NCBI RefSeq assembly: GCF_006345805.1
Contig: NC_042998.1
Span: forward strand, 132,742,001 to 132,806,000
DNA from: Octopus sinensis
Taxonomy: Eukaryota
Direction of reading: 5' to 3'
Length of the DNA: 64,000 bases
Part shown: in pieces, positions 29,121-42,282 of the stretch
Layout of the letters: the number at the start of each line of letters is the position of its first letter
Position numbering within the stretch: the first letter of the stretch is position 1
Made by a program: the position numbers and the translations under genes
Notes under the pieces: model-generated
The model's database searches: none
What the model was told of the DNA's origin: nothing
The model's input: the letters and a program-made list of their open reading frames with translations, nothing else

Positions 29121-30092
29121 TTTGTAAGTGAAAGGAATCTTTTCATTGAATCCACTATTTTATAGGATGTTATTGCAATGAGGTGTAGGTTTATCGAAGA
29201 TATTCTTTGCTTGACAATAATAAGTCAGAGGCTCTTTTGCTTTTGTGATTAATTTTTTTTTTAAAACTACGAGGCTTAGTTTGCATGTCTATGTGTGCAC
29301 ACAAGCTTTTCATTTAGTTTAATATAGAGTTGATATCTATTCACTTCTTAATTAACTGTTGCCTCGAAAATGTTAACAATATTCATATTTCTGGATATTG
29401 TGGTTTTAAGCCGACGGTGATGACGTACTGGTTAAATATTTTCTGAAGTTAGAATCACTATGTTTGGGGAGTCGGGATGATCATAGACTGCTGTGATCGT
29501 TGACAGGACAGCTTGATCAGAACAGACTTGGAGTTGAGCAACAAAAAACAACGACGACACGATGATGATTAATTCATAGTGATTAAGACATGACCCTATG
29601 CAAAACCAAAGCGAGATTTTTACGTATGTCAAAATGAAATATGGAGATTAAAAATAGGCCAACAATGTCTGGAATCAAACCTATGTTTATTAATATGATA
29701 AAACTGCGAGAAGAGATAGTAACATGTAGAACCCCAGCTTATGTTTATGGCAACACGTCACTTTACATTATAACTCCAGCCGAGGCTGACTTTTCCATCC
29801 GCCCATCAACTGTCGTCGATAAAATAAATACTACTTATATAGCGTTTCAATACAGAACTAACACCGACATTGAACGCGCACAGACACATACCCGCACAAT
29901 GTCTTTTCTTCTCACGCAGTTTCTCTTTCAAATGCGTGTTCTCTCTCAATTAGTTTCCTTTCTCCCCTAACACATTCTCTCTCTCTTTTTCTTCTTTCTC
30001 TTCATCGTTCCCTCTTTTTTTTTTCACTTTGTTATATTTTCCCACTACTTCACACAATCTACTTTTCTTTCACGGCTTTACTTGTTTTTTAC

Positions 30093-30108
30093 ATTATTAT
30101 TATTATTA

Positions 30109-30180
<72 letters not shown>
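30093..30180. repeat. (ATT)n microsatellite with no LINE insertion
   Basis: Directly visible. Confidence 0.95.
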
Positions 30181-30182
<2 letters not shown>

Positions 30183-30459
30183 TTGCCTTTTCTTGTTCTT
30201 AGCCTTCTAACCCATTCCCACTCCCTCCTACTTTCCCTGGCTGACATTAGATAATTGATGTTAGAACAACGATCCATCATAGCAAGGACTTCTGCCGGCG
30301 GTTGTGTCACCTTCAAAGAACACCGCCAGTCACGTGCCTAGCATTTGCAGACAGGTGCCCGTCGCTGACAGTAACGGAGGTGCCCTGAAATTATGGATGA
30401 CAGCATGTCTCTTTCTGTTACTTACTCTTTTCTTTCTCTTTTCCCTCTTTCTTTAAACG

Positions 30460-30462
30460 TAC

Positions 30463-30494
<32 letters not shown>

Positions 30495-30621
30495 CTATGT
30501 GTATATACATACATACACGCACACATACGCATACACGCACATATATACATACATACATACATACATATATGCGTGTGTCTATGAGTGTCCATACATAAAT
30601 ACGTGTGTTTATATATATATA

Positions 30622-30667
<46 letters not shown>

Positions 30668-30764
30668 GTATATACATATGTATATATATAATATGTATGT
30701 ATGTATGTATGTATATATATATGTATGTATATGTATATATATATTATATATATATACACACACA

Positions 30765-30796
<32 letters not shown>

Positions 30797-30926
30797 GTAT
30801 GTATGTATGTAGTATGTATGTATATATATATTATATATATGCACACATATATATATGTATGTATGTATGTATGTATATATATATGTATGTATATGTATAT
30901 ATATATATTATATATATACACACATA

Positions 30927-30962
<36 letters not shown>

Positions 30963-31200
30963 TGTATGTATGTATGTATGTATATGTATATATATATATT
31001 ATATATATACACACACATATATATGTATGTGTGTATGTATGTATGTATGTATGCATGTATGTATGTATGCATGCATGTATGTATGTATGCATGCATGCAT
31101 ACATGTATGTATGTATGTATGTATGTATGTATGTATGTATGTATCCATGTATGTATACATACACATATTTTTGTATGTGTGCATGCATGTATGTATGTAT
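30460..31200. repeat. Compound (TG)/(TA)/(TATG) microsatellite with higher-order reiteration
   Basis: A block of (TATG)n-(TA)n-TT-(TA)n-CACACA repeats about four times. Confidence 0.9.
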
Positions 31201-31680
31201 GCCTAAAAGCTATCGTTATTGATGCTGCTTGCTGTTACTTATCAATATTGCTTGCTTGCAGATGTTATCGTTATTGTTGTCTTTATTACTTGTTCGTTTC
31301 TTCCTATTGATTTTTTGTTTTACTGTTGCTGTTGTCGGTGATAAGTGAAGGGATGACGGTCTTTCTTTCTTAATGGTTGTCTATATAAAAGGAAATATCG
31401 CTGTATTAGATTTCTTTAACAGTTGACTATATGAAAGAAAATAAATGCCTCTCGTCGGGACAACAGTGTAAAAGAGATATTTAGCGAAATAAAGAGCTAG
31501 ACAAGTGTATGTTAGTTTTGCATTGTTGGTTTTGAATGTGTGTGTGTGTACATGTGTGTGTGTGTGTGGGTATATATGTGTTTGTGTGCGTGCCTGTGCA
31601 ATTATGTAGTCGCGTTTTGTGCAGGTTTTCTCATTATGTGCATATCATTTGCTTTATGATAACAACTGATACACACACAC

Positions 31681-31759
<79 letters not shown>

Positions 31760-31874
31760 CATGCATACCCGTGTTCACACGTACATAGATAGTTAAACAG
31801 ACAGACAGACAGAAAGACAGAAAGACCAGACAATTAGATAGACAGGTAGACAGATGGATAGGTAGACAGACAGG

Positions 31875-31875
31875 C

Positions 31876-31964
<89 letters not shown>
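31875..31964. repeat. (GATA)n tract at the 3' junction of the Tx1 LINE
   Basis: Directly visible; the matching tract is at about 36009-36097. Confidence 0.95.
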
Positions 31965-34900
31965 TGTTTCTTTATTAGCCACACAGGGCTGCACACAGAC
32001 AGGACAAATTACAAGGTAGAGCTTTTCTTTTGGGGGTAAAAAAAGAAGGTTTGGTTTTCGATCAAAAGGGATCGTAAAAGGAAAGAAAGAGGCCAAAAAA
32101 GGAGGGGATAAAAAAATAATAATAATAAAAAGGGGGGAAGGGAAAGAAAAAAAAATTGATCAATAGGGATCGTTATCACAGAAATGTCAATATGAAGTGT
32201 AAAGGGGAGGACAGGTGAGGTTTACCCGTGGAAAGAAAAGCCTACGGAAAAGACCGCGGTAACCTCGGTCAATGAAGTCATGTTATATTTCTTTTTTTTT
32301 TTTTTTGCAAATAAGCAACTCTCTGTTTTAAATTTTTACGGTTCATAGAATCATAGTCAAGGTAGCTTCGTCATTCATACGTGCCATCCTTGCTACATTC
32401 ACCCATCTTTTTTTAAAACATTCACTAGACAAAACTTGCCTCTCTACTCTCACTTTCCTCCTCAAGTGATACTTGAAGAAGTTGATGAGAGATTGACCAG
32501 AGAGGAAAGTGTTTGTCTCTAATCCTTTCAGGCGCGTCCACCAGATACATTCTTTCGCCATAGCCACAAGTATGATAAAAATAGCTCTTCCCTTCCCGTT
32601 TGAAGGAAGGAGGCGTGACGATATTAACGATAGACTCGGCTGATAAACCGACACGTCCCACACGTGACAGCAGTCGTTCGACATAAGCCCACAGGTCGGA
32701 GATTGTTGGACACTGCACGATTGCGTGCAGAGCGGTTTCGTCGCTCTGCCCGCATCTCGGACAGGTCGGCCCCGTGTTTCTCGAGCCATGCCTATACAGC
32801 TTATCCCGAACGGGTATTGCTTCTCGGTAGCACCGCCAGGCCAGGGATCTCTGGAAGTTGTCCATAGGTCCCGGCCCGAAAGTCGTTTCATACAGGCGGG
32901 TCAGGTATTCCTCGTCGACGCCCAGGTTTGCCCCAAGATCGTCGTCGTACCTCCCCTCCACTAATCCCCTATAGAATGCTTTGGTTGTGTTGAAGTCACT
33001 CAAGGTCGACCCGGGACGGCAGAGTTGCTTGAGAGCAACGTGACACTCGCGGTGCCATTCGTCCTTCCTCGGCCTCTTTTTGATCCACGACTGCAGTTCG
33101 GTCATGGAGACGAGCTGCGGGAACGCGTGCCTCACAAACGGCGACCACACCTGTTCACCGTCGTCTACGTAGAGCCGGAGATGTCGCAGTCTCAGCGCGT
33201 CTCTGCGCATCATCAACCATGGCATGCCCAGCCCTCCTTTTAACGGGTGTTGACAGCAAATGGATCGCCTGACCATCGGGACGCATCCTTTCCACAAGAA
33301 GCGGAAGAGAATGCGTTCTAGTTTGGTGATGGTAGGGTCGGGACAAGGTACGACGGTCAGGCGGTAGTAGATGATGGACGCGATGTACGTGTTCTCCACC
33401 TCCGCCCGACCTTTTAGGGACAGTTTCCTCTCGGCCCATTGCCGGGCGAGTGTGACCACCCTACTCGTTATCTCGTTCCAGTTCTTCTCCATTTGGAGGT
33501 CCGGACCGAACAAGACCCCGAGCAACTCAACCGGGCCGTCTGTCCAGCGTCCCACGACGGAGGTACTGGTGGACGGCATGGGCTTGCTTCTCCAGGTGCC
33601 GAGCCGCAAGCCCACTGACTTTTCCCGGTTGATTTTTGCTCCTGTCACCGCTTCGTAGTCTTTCAGTGTCTCGCCGACCAGCTCGATGTGCTCGTGGCTT
33701 GACACTATGACGGTGACGTCGTCCGCGTATGCAGACACGCTCGTCCCGCATCCCAATTCTCGCGGGATGCCCCTCAGAGTCGCCAGCTTCCGCAGTGCTC
33801 AATAGTCAATACGTATAGAAGCGCCGAGAGTGGGCATCCCTGACGGACCGAACGTGCAATGTCGAAAGGTCTCGATAGATGTCCATTTACGCGAATTACC
33901 GAACGGATGCCTCTGTACAAGGCAGCTATCCAGCCGCGGAAGACGGGACCGAAACCAGCCGCTCTCAGGACTGCCTCCAAATATCGATGGTCTACCCTAT
34001 CGAAGGCTTTCGATTGATCCAAGTTGATCAGGGCCCCACCCATGCCAGGTTCCTTAACTACTCTGTCTATGATGTAGCGCATCAGATGGAGGTTGTCATG
34101 GATGCTCCGGCCCGGCACGGCGCACGTTTGTGCGTTGTCGACCTGTTTCTCGATGACAAGCGCCAACCTCTTGGCTAACACCTTTATCAAAATTTTCAGG
34201 TCTGCATTGAGCAGAGTGATTGGTCTAAAGTTATCTATAATGTTCCCCCTGTTTGGATCTTTCTTCAGCAGCGTTACGGCTCCTCGACTCACAAAACCGG
34301 GTATGCTCCCGTTTTGCTGCCAGTTGCAATATACCGCTGCCAAGACGTCTCCAAACAAGTCTGGCATACAATTGTAAAACTCGTAGGGCAGACCATCCAA
34401 ACCCGGCGATTTGTCTCTCGAGCATTCTGCCATCGCGTCCCGCACATCCGCCGCCGTGATGGCACCTTCGCAGCACTCTGCCTCTCTTGCCGAGAGTCGT
34501 GGTATGCTGTGCAGGTAGGCACTGAAGTCCACCCTGCGTTCACGCTCGCCACTCGTCCCGTACAGTCGGGAAAAGTGCCGCTGAAATGTCTCGCACATCT
34601 TGCTGGGCTCGAGCAATTCGCGCCCTTGTTCATCTACCAGAGACCGAATGGTGGCTTTGTTGCCCTGCTGCGCCTCCGCCACCCGGGCCTCCCTCGCGGC
34701 TCCAACACCTTCCATCCTTAGAGCACGCATCCTAGCCCTGACAGCACACCCTTCGTGTTTGGCGTTGAAGTGTTGGTCAAGGGCCAACCTCGCCGCTAAA
34801 ACGTTGGATGTGATGCCGCTTCTTATTACCTCTTCTAACTTCTTAACTAACTCACTCTCTACTCTATTTCTATCTACGGCTAGTGCCTTGCTATATCTAG

Positions 34901-36004
34901 TTGCTTCCGCTTTTACTGCTCTCTTGAGGGCGAACCACCATTTATTGTTGACAATGGCTCCCGTTAAAGCCCTTTTTACTAACGTGTTGATTCTGTCACT
35001 GAAAACCTGTCTGGACGGGAAAGATGCGTTCAGTTTCCAGTAACCAGGACCCTGTCTATGTGCCTTATCTAAGTCTAGCGTACACGTCACGAATTTGTGA
35101 TCCGTGTAGCTGACTGTGTGGAATTGTGGACATCCTAAGTTATCCCTGTCTACTGTCCTACACAGTATCCTATCTAGATACGATCTCGACGACCCACTGC
35201 GGTTGCTCCATGTCCACGTTGGTGCATTCGGGTGGTCGAGTCGGTACCTGTCAGACAGTTGGAATCGTCTGAGCAGGTCTCTGAGGCATTTGCATCCCCT
35301 TCTGTTTTTGTCTCTCCCCACATAGTCTAGATGCGTGTCCAAGGTAGCATTCCAATCCCCCACTAAAAGTAAAGGACGAGACGTTCCCAGGAATACCACT
35401 AGACGTCGAAAGAAATCCGGCCGACCTGTTAAAGGCGGTGCGTAGACTGATACGAGTCGAAAAGCACACCCATTGCTGCCGTCGACATCCAGAACGACCA
35501 GTCTACCCTCCGGGTCTACGAATATCGTCTTGACTTCGAGATCCAGGCTCTTGTGAAAAAGTACCGCGGTGCCACTACCACCCATCCTCGGCAGACAGGG
35601 AGCAAAATAAATGTTAAACTGTCCGCCAAACATGGACTTTAGGGCCCGTGGCTCGTGGAGTCTGGTCTCACTTATGGCTATGATTCCCAAATCGTGTGAC
35701 TTGATGTCATTTAGGAGGTATCCTGGTTTCCAAGGAGACCCCCAAGCCACGCGCATTCACACAACCAATCTTGACCATGATTCTATTGGGGTGTGTGCTT
35801 TAAAACACAAAAAGGAAGGTACAGAGAGTTACTTGTGTCGAAAGTTTTGGCTTCCTCGTCCTTTGATGTGTCTTGGAGAAGGTTTTTATAGAGTTTTTGC
35901 GAAAGGTATTTTTGGAACCCCCCAACCGCATTTGGAAAGAGAGCTTTGAGTGTGTGGTGTTGTGTTTGTGTGATGTGTAGTATTTTGATGTGTTTGGGTG
36001 GTGT

Positions 36005-36008
<4 letters not shown>
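31965..36008 (-). mobile_element. Tx1/L1-clade LINE, 5'-truncated just upstream of ORF2, inserted in (GATA)n
   Basis: APE-RT-CCHC ORF2 plus a 3' UTR of about 380 bp ending AATAAAGAAACA directly against (TATC)n. (GATA)n on both sides. Visibly more GC-rich than the flanks. Confidence 0.93.
32343..35778 (-). pseudogene. Tx1-type ORF2 (APE endonuclease, reverse transcriptase, CCHC), complete but with three frameshifts (near 35740, 33795, 32590)
   Basis: MVKIGCVNARGL, AISETRL, VYAP, VGDWN, SYLDRI, TDH, GYWKLN, KSPGLDG, NFRPITLLN, DQSKAFDRV, VRQGCPLS, AYADD, CPRC...ETALHAIVQC. No in-frame stops seen within the segments. Confidence 0.93.
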
Positions 36009-36088
<80 letters not shown>

Positions 36089-36508
36089 TGATAGATAGTT
36101 ATATGTACATAAAAATATATGTATACGTATGTGAATGTAATCTTGAGTAACAATATGTTAATTGAAAATATTTAATGTAGATTCTACTCTATATGTATGG
36201 ATAACGTTTTACAAAGAAACATTCATTAATAATCGCAAAATACTCTATTTTACAGTTCAGCAAAAGCAAAATGCCTTACAATGATTAATTTAATCCTCTG
36301 TAAATAAAAAGGTCAATCCTATATACGTATCAAAATTTCGTAGTTATTTTCTAATATATATTCTTGAATATACAATACTGAGTAAATAAATCGACTCAAG
36401 GTTCAAAACTGCAGCGTTAAGATATATTTATTTACGTTCAGAAGCGTCCAGAAATATGTAAATAAGCCTTTAGTAACGATTTGTCAGCTATAAAATGATA
36501 CCTCAAAC

Positions 36509-36621
<113 letters not shown>

Positions 36622-37613
36622 GCAAGATTCTAACACAGTCCAACCATTGAATTCTTAGTGATGGTTTTTTTTTTCGTTTTTTTTTTTCGTTCTTTCTGTT
36701 TTCATCTAATGCGTTTTTAATTAAATGCCTTATAAGCTATCACTTATAGCTAAATTCGCTTCGAGACACATCATTATTTATGTATTTTTATAATTTATTT
36801 GAAAGCGTGGAATGATCATAACGCCTGCCATTTCCCAGTATTGGCGAAATTAAATGCAATTCATGTTTGTTTTGAACGTCTGAATATCAGTAGCCGCGAA
36901 TTTAAAGTCCAAGAGGCATGTGGTTTGGGGTAGAGAGAATGAACCAAAGTGTTTAGGGCCTGGTTATGGAGAATGGGACAAAGTAGTGAGACTGAGTGAA
37001 AAGGTTGCGAGTGCACCAGGAGTGCTTATACAGTTACAAGTTTGAGTGGCGGTATTTAAACAGCAGTGATTAATATGCATGCCTGCCGTGTGTTGAAAGG
37101 TAAAATACGAGTGAGATTGGTATCATCTACGCGTAGCCGTATCCAAATGAAAGTAACAGCAAGTAAGCAACTTATATCTCAAATGAGAGTGTTTGTATGA
37201 GTGTGTATGTATGTATTGAGGTAGTATGTATATTTGTGTGTGTATGCGTGCGTGTGTGTGTATGTGTGCGTGCATGCGAATGAAAAGTGAAGCAAACTTA
37301 TATTGGCCTTGAGATGTACAATAGTTAATAGAACATGAATCGGAGAGAGGGACCTCTATGATAGTAGATTACAATGGAACATTCTAGCAAAAATATTCTC
37401 TGCCCCAGAGATAAGGAACATTGATGATTAACTAACTTAGCAGTGAGATTCTAATATAAGTAACGACGGAGGGCTTTTCTAATATCAACGCACCTTTGTT
37501 TTCTTCGAAATTCTCGAGGTTGAAAAAGGCCGGTAGTGTGTGTTTTAGGAAAGTAATACGTAGCATATTGGGTTCTATGAAAATCATATTGGTGGTCAGT
37601 GATGAAGAAAAGG

Positions 37614-37649
<36 letters not shown>

Positions 37650-39497
37650 AATGAGGGTAGTGGTTGTTTCTGATTGTTTTCGTCGGTTTTGTGATTTGAG
37701 AAGTATTGTAAAACAAGGTTTTGTGCTGCAGGAGGAGAGATTTAATGCTTTACTTATGCAATGGTTAATCATAAATTCATGAAAACGAGTAACTGTTGTA
37801 GATAATTAAGTTGGTAAGCGAGTCAGTCTCCGCACCGGCAATGTCGGTTTGAAAGGAAAGTCAGATTCAGAGCCAAGAGATGGTGTGCGTGTTGAGTTAA
37901 CCGAAAAGGATATCAAAAGAGAAGAGCAATGCTATTAATGCAAGACGAGAGGTAATCAAATAGCTGCTGGTAACACTATGTAACACGATATGTTTGCTTA
38001 CCCATAGAAAGTATGAAAAATTACTGATATTTCCTTCAAACTTTGATTTTGTTACATCTCTTCAAACCCCTAAAGAATCCCTCTCAACACATGGTTATGA
38101 TACTCCTCCACTACTCCAGGTCATGATCAGAGATGCACATTGTCAGCCACTAAGAGGTATATTCAAGCGGTTTAGATCAAGTAACTGACAAGCAAATCTG
38201 TGGTGCTGAGCAGAATAATTGCTCTAACGATATTTCTGCTTCAGCAACTCAGTACTGAATATGTCTGGAATGTAATGGAAAATAGGTAATTTTCAAGCAT
38301 TGATGCCACGTCAAAAAGGCAAAGTTGAAAGGAACAGTAGTCATCTCTTTTGATTTCTAGTTAGAAGCAAATAGGAAATAACAATCCCTGACCGAAGACA
38401 ACAAAAATCATTAAAATTTTGTTACGCAGTGTAATTGGAGGATTAAAAAGAACTGTTACAACAAATATGATTCATGTATTACGCAGCAAATCCTTAACAA
38501 GAAGTTATCTCTTGAATTTAAATAGAAAGATATGATACGGGATAGAATATATTTCTAAAAGTTAAGCTATATATGATGTTGATATTATTTAGATCAAGCT
38601 CAACCCTCATGAAGCAAATTCACGATCTTAGGCATTTCGTTTTAGCTGTGATCATTCTGTCTTTTTTCCAGACACAGAGCTTTAAGGACTACGTTATCCA
38701 TTGTGTCCTTTTCTTAAAGTCGTTAGATTTAGTTTGGGAGAGAGTTGGGTGCTATTTCTCATTCAAAAAGTATTTGAAACATTTATATAATTTCAACACA
38801 CATTATTGCACGCTTGTTTCTGTCATCTCTGCTTTCCTGAATTTAGTAAGATCTAGAGATCTGGCGGTTAATTTTCAGTTCTGGACATTGTCACGGTTGT
38901 TCAGTCCCAGTTAAGTGTGGACAGCATACCTATGATCATCCATTTTCGGCTACAGCATATCTTGGAGTAAATTATCCAACGTGTTCTTTATTTTTCAGAC
39001 GATAGTGTGATTTAAGATTTGGCTGCTATTTCTAGCAGACCTAGCAACTGCTGCTTGGAGCCTTCTTCATTCGTGCTGCCCATTCAGCTAACAAAGAAAA
39101 GTAAATCCACGCTCATAGAATGAGTGTGTTTTATTCGTACGTTACCGATATTCACGCTCACATATTTATTCGCACACACAAGTGCACACATGTGCGCGGA
39201 CACACGAATGCGTATATGAGTATATTTAGATGTATGAAAGCTAATCCACACAGGGCTACGCACACGCGTGCTCATACATACGTACGCATGCGCGCATACA
39301 CATGCAGAATATTTTCGCAAAACATGCATTGCATTCCAGGTGATACTTCCTTCTCGGCTTTATAATTTCTTTATTTTTGTTTTCAAAAAGATCAAATATG
39401 CAGCTATTACGTAAATAAGCCAAGACTTTAAACACTTCCGCTCCCTTGTTGCAGCAGGCTGGGAATGCATAAATACAAACATAAAGATCATAGATAT

Positions 39498-39541
<44 letters not shown>

Positions 39542-41032
39542 TATATATATATTATATATATATATATATATACTTGTACAAACACACACAAGCACACACA
39601 TATGTGGGTGAGGATATGTATGTACGTATTTTTTCCAAATTTTATTGTATCTTTGTAAAGGAATGTTCACATGTACATAGCTTGCAACTTTGCAGCTTTG
39701 CCCTCACGATCTGTAGACATCAGGAAAACTCATTTTACCAAAATGCTTGTTGCTGTATCGCTTGCAAGTTAAGTATTAAAGTACAAAACAAAAGGCGCTC
39801 TTTCCAACGGAACAGTTGCTATCGTTTAACACCATTTCCTTTTTGTATGTTCTTCACATTAAATATATGTATTTGTGTAGATGTTTATTGGTCTCGAAGA
39901 AGGCAATGTGTCTATAACCTTAGCAAGCAACCGAGACCGGTGAGGTCGAAGTGGTCAATGCTTGTCGTGAACATTTGCAAGAAGACGACTGCAGGAAAAC
40001 GTGCTGAAAGGGAGTTGACGTCCTGGGGAGGAGGAATAAACATGGTGGTTCATATAAAATCTTGAAGACTGACACAGTAAGGTTGATGGGTGGAGGGAAA
40101 GGCGAGTATGTTGGGAGTACCTTAGTGGAAGCGATACCGGACTTGTCAACTCCGCGGCATAGTATCCAAATGTAATCGCGGTAGAAAAGACAAACAACTG
40201 AGATTGCACATGTGAGAGACAGAATTTGGAGCGTCTGTGAGTGACTTCATGCTTTTCTTTGGATGTTTGTCGAGAGTGTCCGTGTGTATAATAACATACT
40301 GTCCCAAATGTGGTAGCAATAATACTCTACCAGTACACCTGAGATTTATAGATAGTTGTTGCAGGTGGCAGAAGTATTTTCTGATATAGTAGGGGAAAGC
40401 TAGTGATAATGATGCAGTTTTAGCTACATTGTGGATGTACGCTCAAAAGGAGTGATTCTCAGTAAGGCCTAGCATTTGAGGCGAGTATTGTATCCTGTTG
40501 AAAGAAGGGGCTTTTATTAATGAGAAACTAGTCAAGTTGCAATAAGCAAACACTATAACACAGCAATTTACAAAAGCGGGCGGAGACGCTCTCTCGGCAA
40601 GAACATAATTCTTGCTTTTTATGATAATAGCTTATGCTTTGAATAGTCTATTGTTTGGGCTAGCATTTTTTCTTTTGCTTAGTTTTCTACTTCTAGCGCA
40701 AAAGTAGTAATGATTGCTCAATCCAAAACATCGATCATACGATTTTAGACATTGACAGCCAGTATCTAGGTTCTATTTGCATGCCGTTTTTGATACAGAA
40801 GGGGAGAAATGCGCGCGCGCGCGCGCGCGTGTGTGTGTGTGGTGTGTGTGTGTGTGTGCGGTTAATGAATCTTTGTGTTGGGGGAAAAAGGACATGTTTA
40901 CCTATGATAGATATCTTATCATAATTCAGCTGGCTTTTTTTTTTTCGTTTTACCTGAATGCTTATAAGTAATTTTGAAAAATGCATCCTGTATCTCGTAG
41001 TATGTAGAACCTTGCATCTTGTGGTATACCGA

Positions 41033-41260
41033 GTTGAGCTGGCAGAAACGCTAGCGTGCTGGGCGAAATGCTTAATGGTATTTTGTCTGCCGTTACGTTC
41101 TGAGTTCAAATTCCACCGAGGTTGACTTTGCCTTTCATCCTTTCGGGGTCGATTAAATAAGCACTAGTTACGCACTGGGGTCGATATAATCGACTTAATC
41201 CGTTTGTCTGTCCTTGTTTGTCCACTCTGTGTTTAGCCCCTTGTGGATAGTAGAGAAATA
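41033..41260 (+). mobile_element. SINE family B monomer with Tx1-type tail
   Basis: Perfect 10-bp TSD GGTATACCGA at 41023-41032 and 41261-41270. Ends TTTAGCCCCTTGTGGATAGTAGAGAAATA. Confidence 0.92.
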
Positions 41261-41419
41261 GGTATACCGAATCAGCGTCAGTCCAGTAGTACGATCAATT
41301 TAATTCAGTATGTTACCTTTTCCTGATAAATACGCTGTCATGTACTAATGTTAAACAAAAATCAACAAGTGTTATTTCCAGGATCTCTTACATTTAAACT
41401 TCAAAATAAGAAACGGGAA

Positions 41420-41625
41420 AATTTCTCAGTTAACACACGCTGTATTAGTTGTGAACTCTTATATCTGGAGTTCAAATCACTTCAGAGTTAACTTGCTTTC
41501 TTTCTTCCATCGTCGATCAGTCACGTAACGGAATCGATTAAATCGACTAGTGTATCCTCAAAATTGATGGCATCGTGCCTCAGAAATCTCTATAATGATA
41601 ATAATAATAATAATAATAATAATAA
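41420..41625 (+). mobile_element. SINE family B, heavily diverged copy
   Basis: GAGTTCAAATC..AGAGTTAACTTGCTTTC..GTCGAT..AATCGATTAAATCGACTAG, ending near a (TAA)n run. Confidence 0.5.
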
Positions 41626-42237
41626 CTAACAACAATATTTATGGCAGTTATCATTAAAACAGACTATTCTACCGGAAACGCTTTCACAGTTTTGATAAAT
41701 TTTCTTTAAAGTCAATGCCAACTCGAAAAGTTGGAAACGTAGCTGGTTTTACTTTTGAAGTTAAATTAACCAAAAACAGTAATGAGGTAATTGTGATTAA
41801 GTACCAGCACCTTAAGTGGAGCATATTTGGCAGTATTTATTTATTTATTTATTTATTTATTTATCATTCACAGACGACGCTTTTCTAAATGGTTACTGAA
41901 GTAGTAGTAAGAATTATTGTTGTTGTTTTTAGCACTGGGTTAGCCCCGAATCGAGAACACCCATGACCAAATGCACCCAGCTATAACCACCCCACTTTTT
42001 TTTTATTGAATTTAGGTCGACACTAGGCTGCGTCTTTTCTTCATTTTTTTTTATTTTTTGCAATTTTCGGGAGATTTAGCTGCTATTTCAAGCAGGTTAG
42101 GCGACCACGAAAAGTGGCTGAAGGTTCTAAGAGTAAGATTCGATAGTGCAGAAAGCCACGGGCTGACCAAAGCCTTGTGAGTAGATTTTGTTGACGGAAA
42201 CTGAAAGAAGTCCATCGTATATATATATATATATTAT

Positions 42238-42281
<44 letters not shown>

Positions 42282-42282
<1 letters not shown>

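Noticed and set aside
30422-31310. Many overlapping 150-245 aa ORFs (YI, MYVC and HTYI repeats), and similar ORFs throughout the window
   Set aside because: Stop-free frames of TA, TG and TATG microsatellites.
31380-31395. TATA box CTATATAAAAGG
   Set aside because: Expected by chance in AT-rich DNA; no downstream exon or ORF support.
32664-35949. Plus-strand ORFs overlapping the Tx1 element
   Set aside because: Antisense frames of a GC-rich ORF2; no independent motifs.
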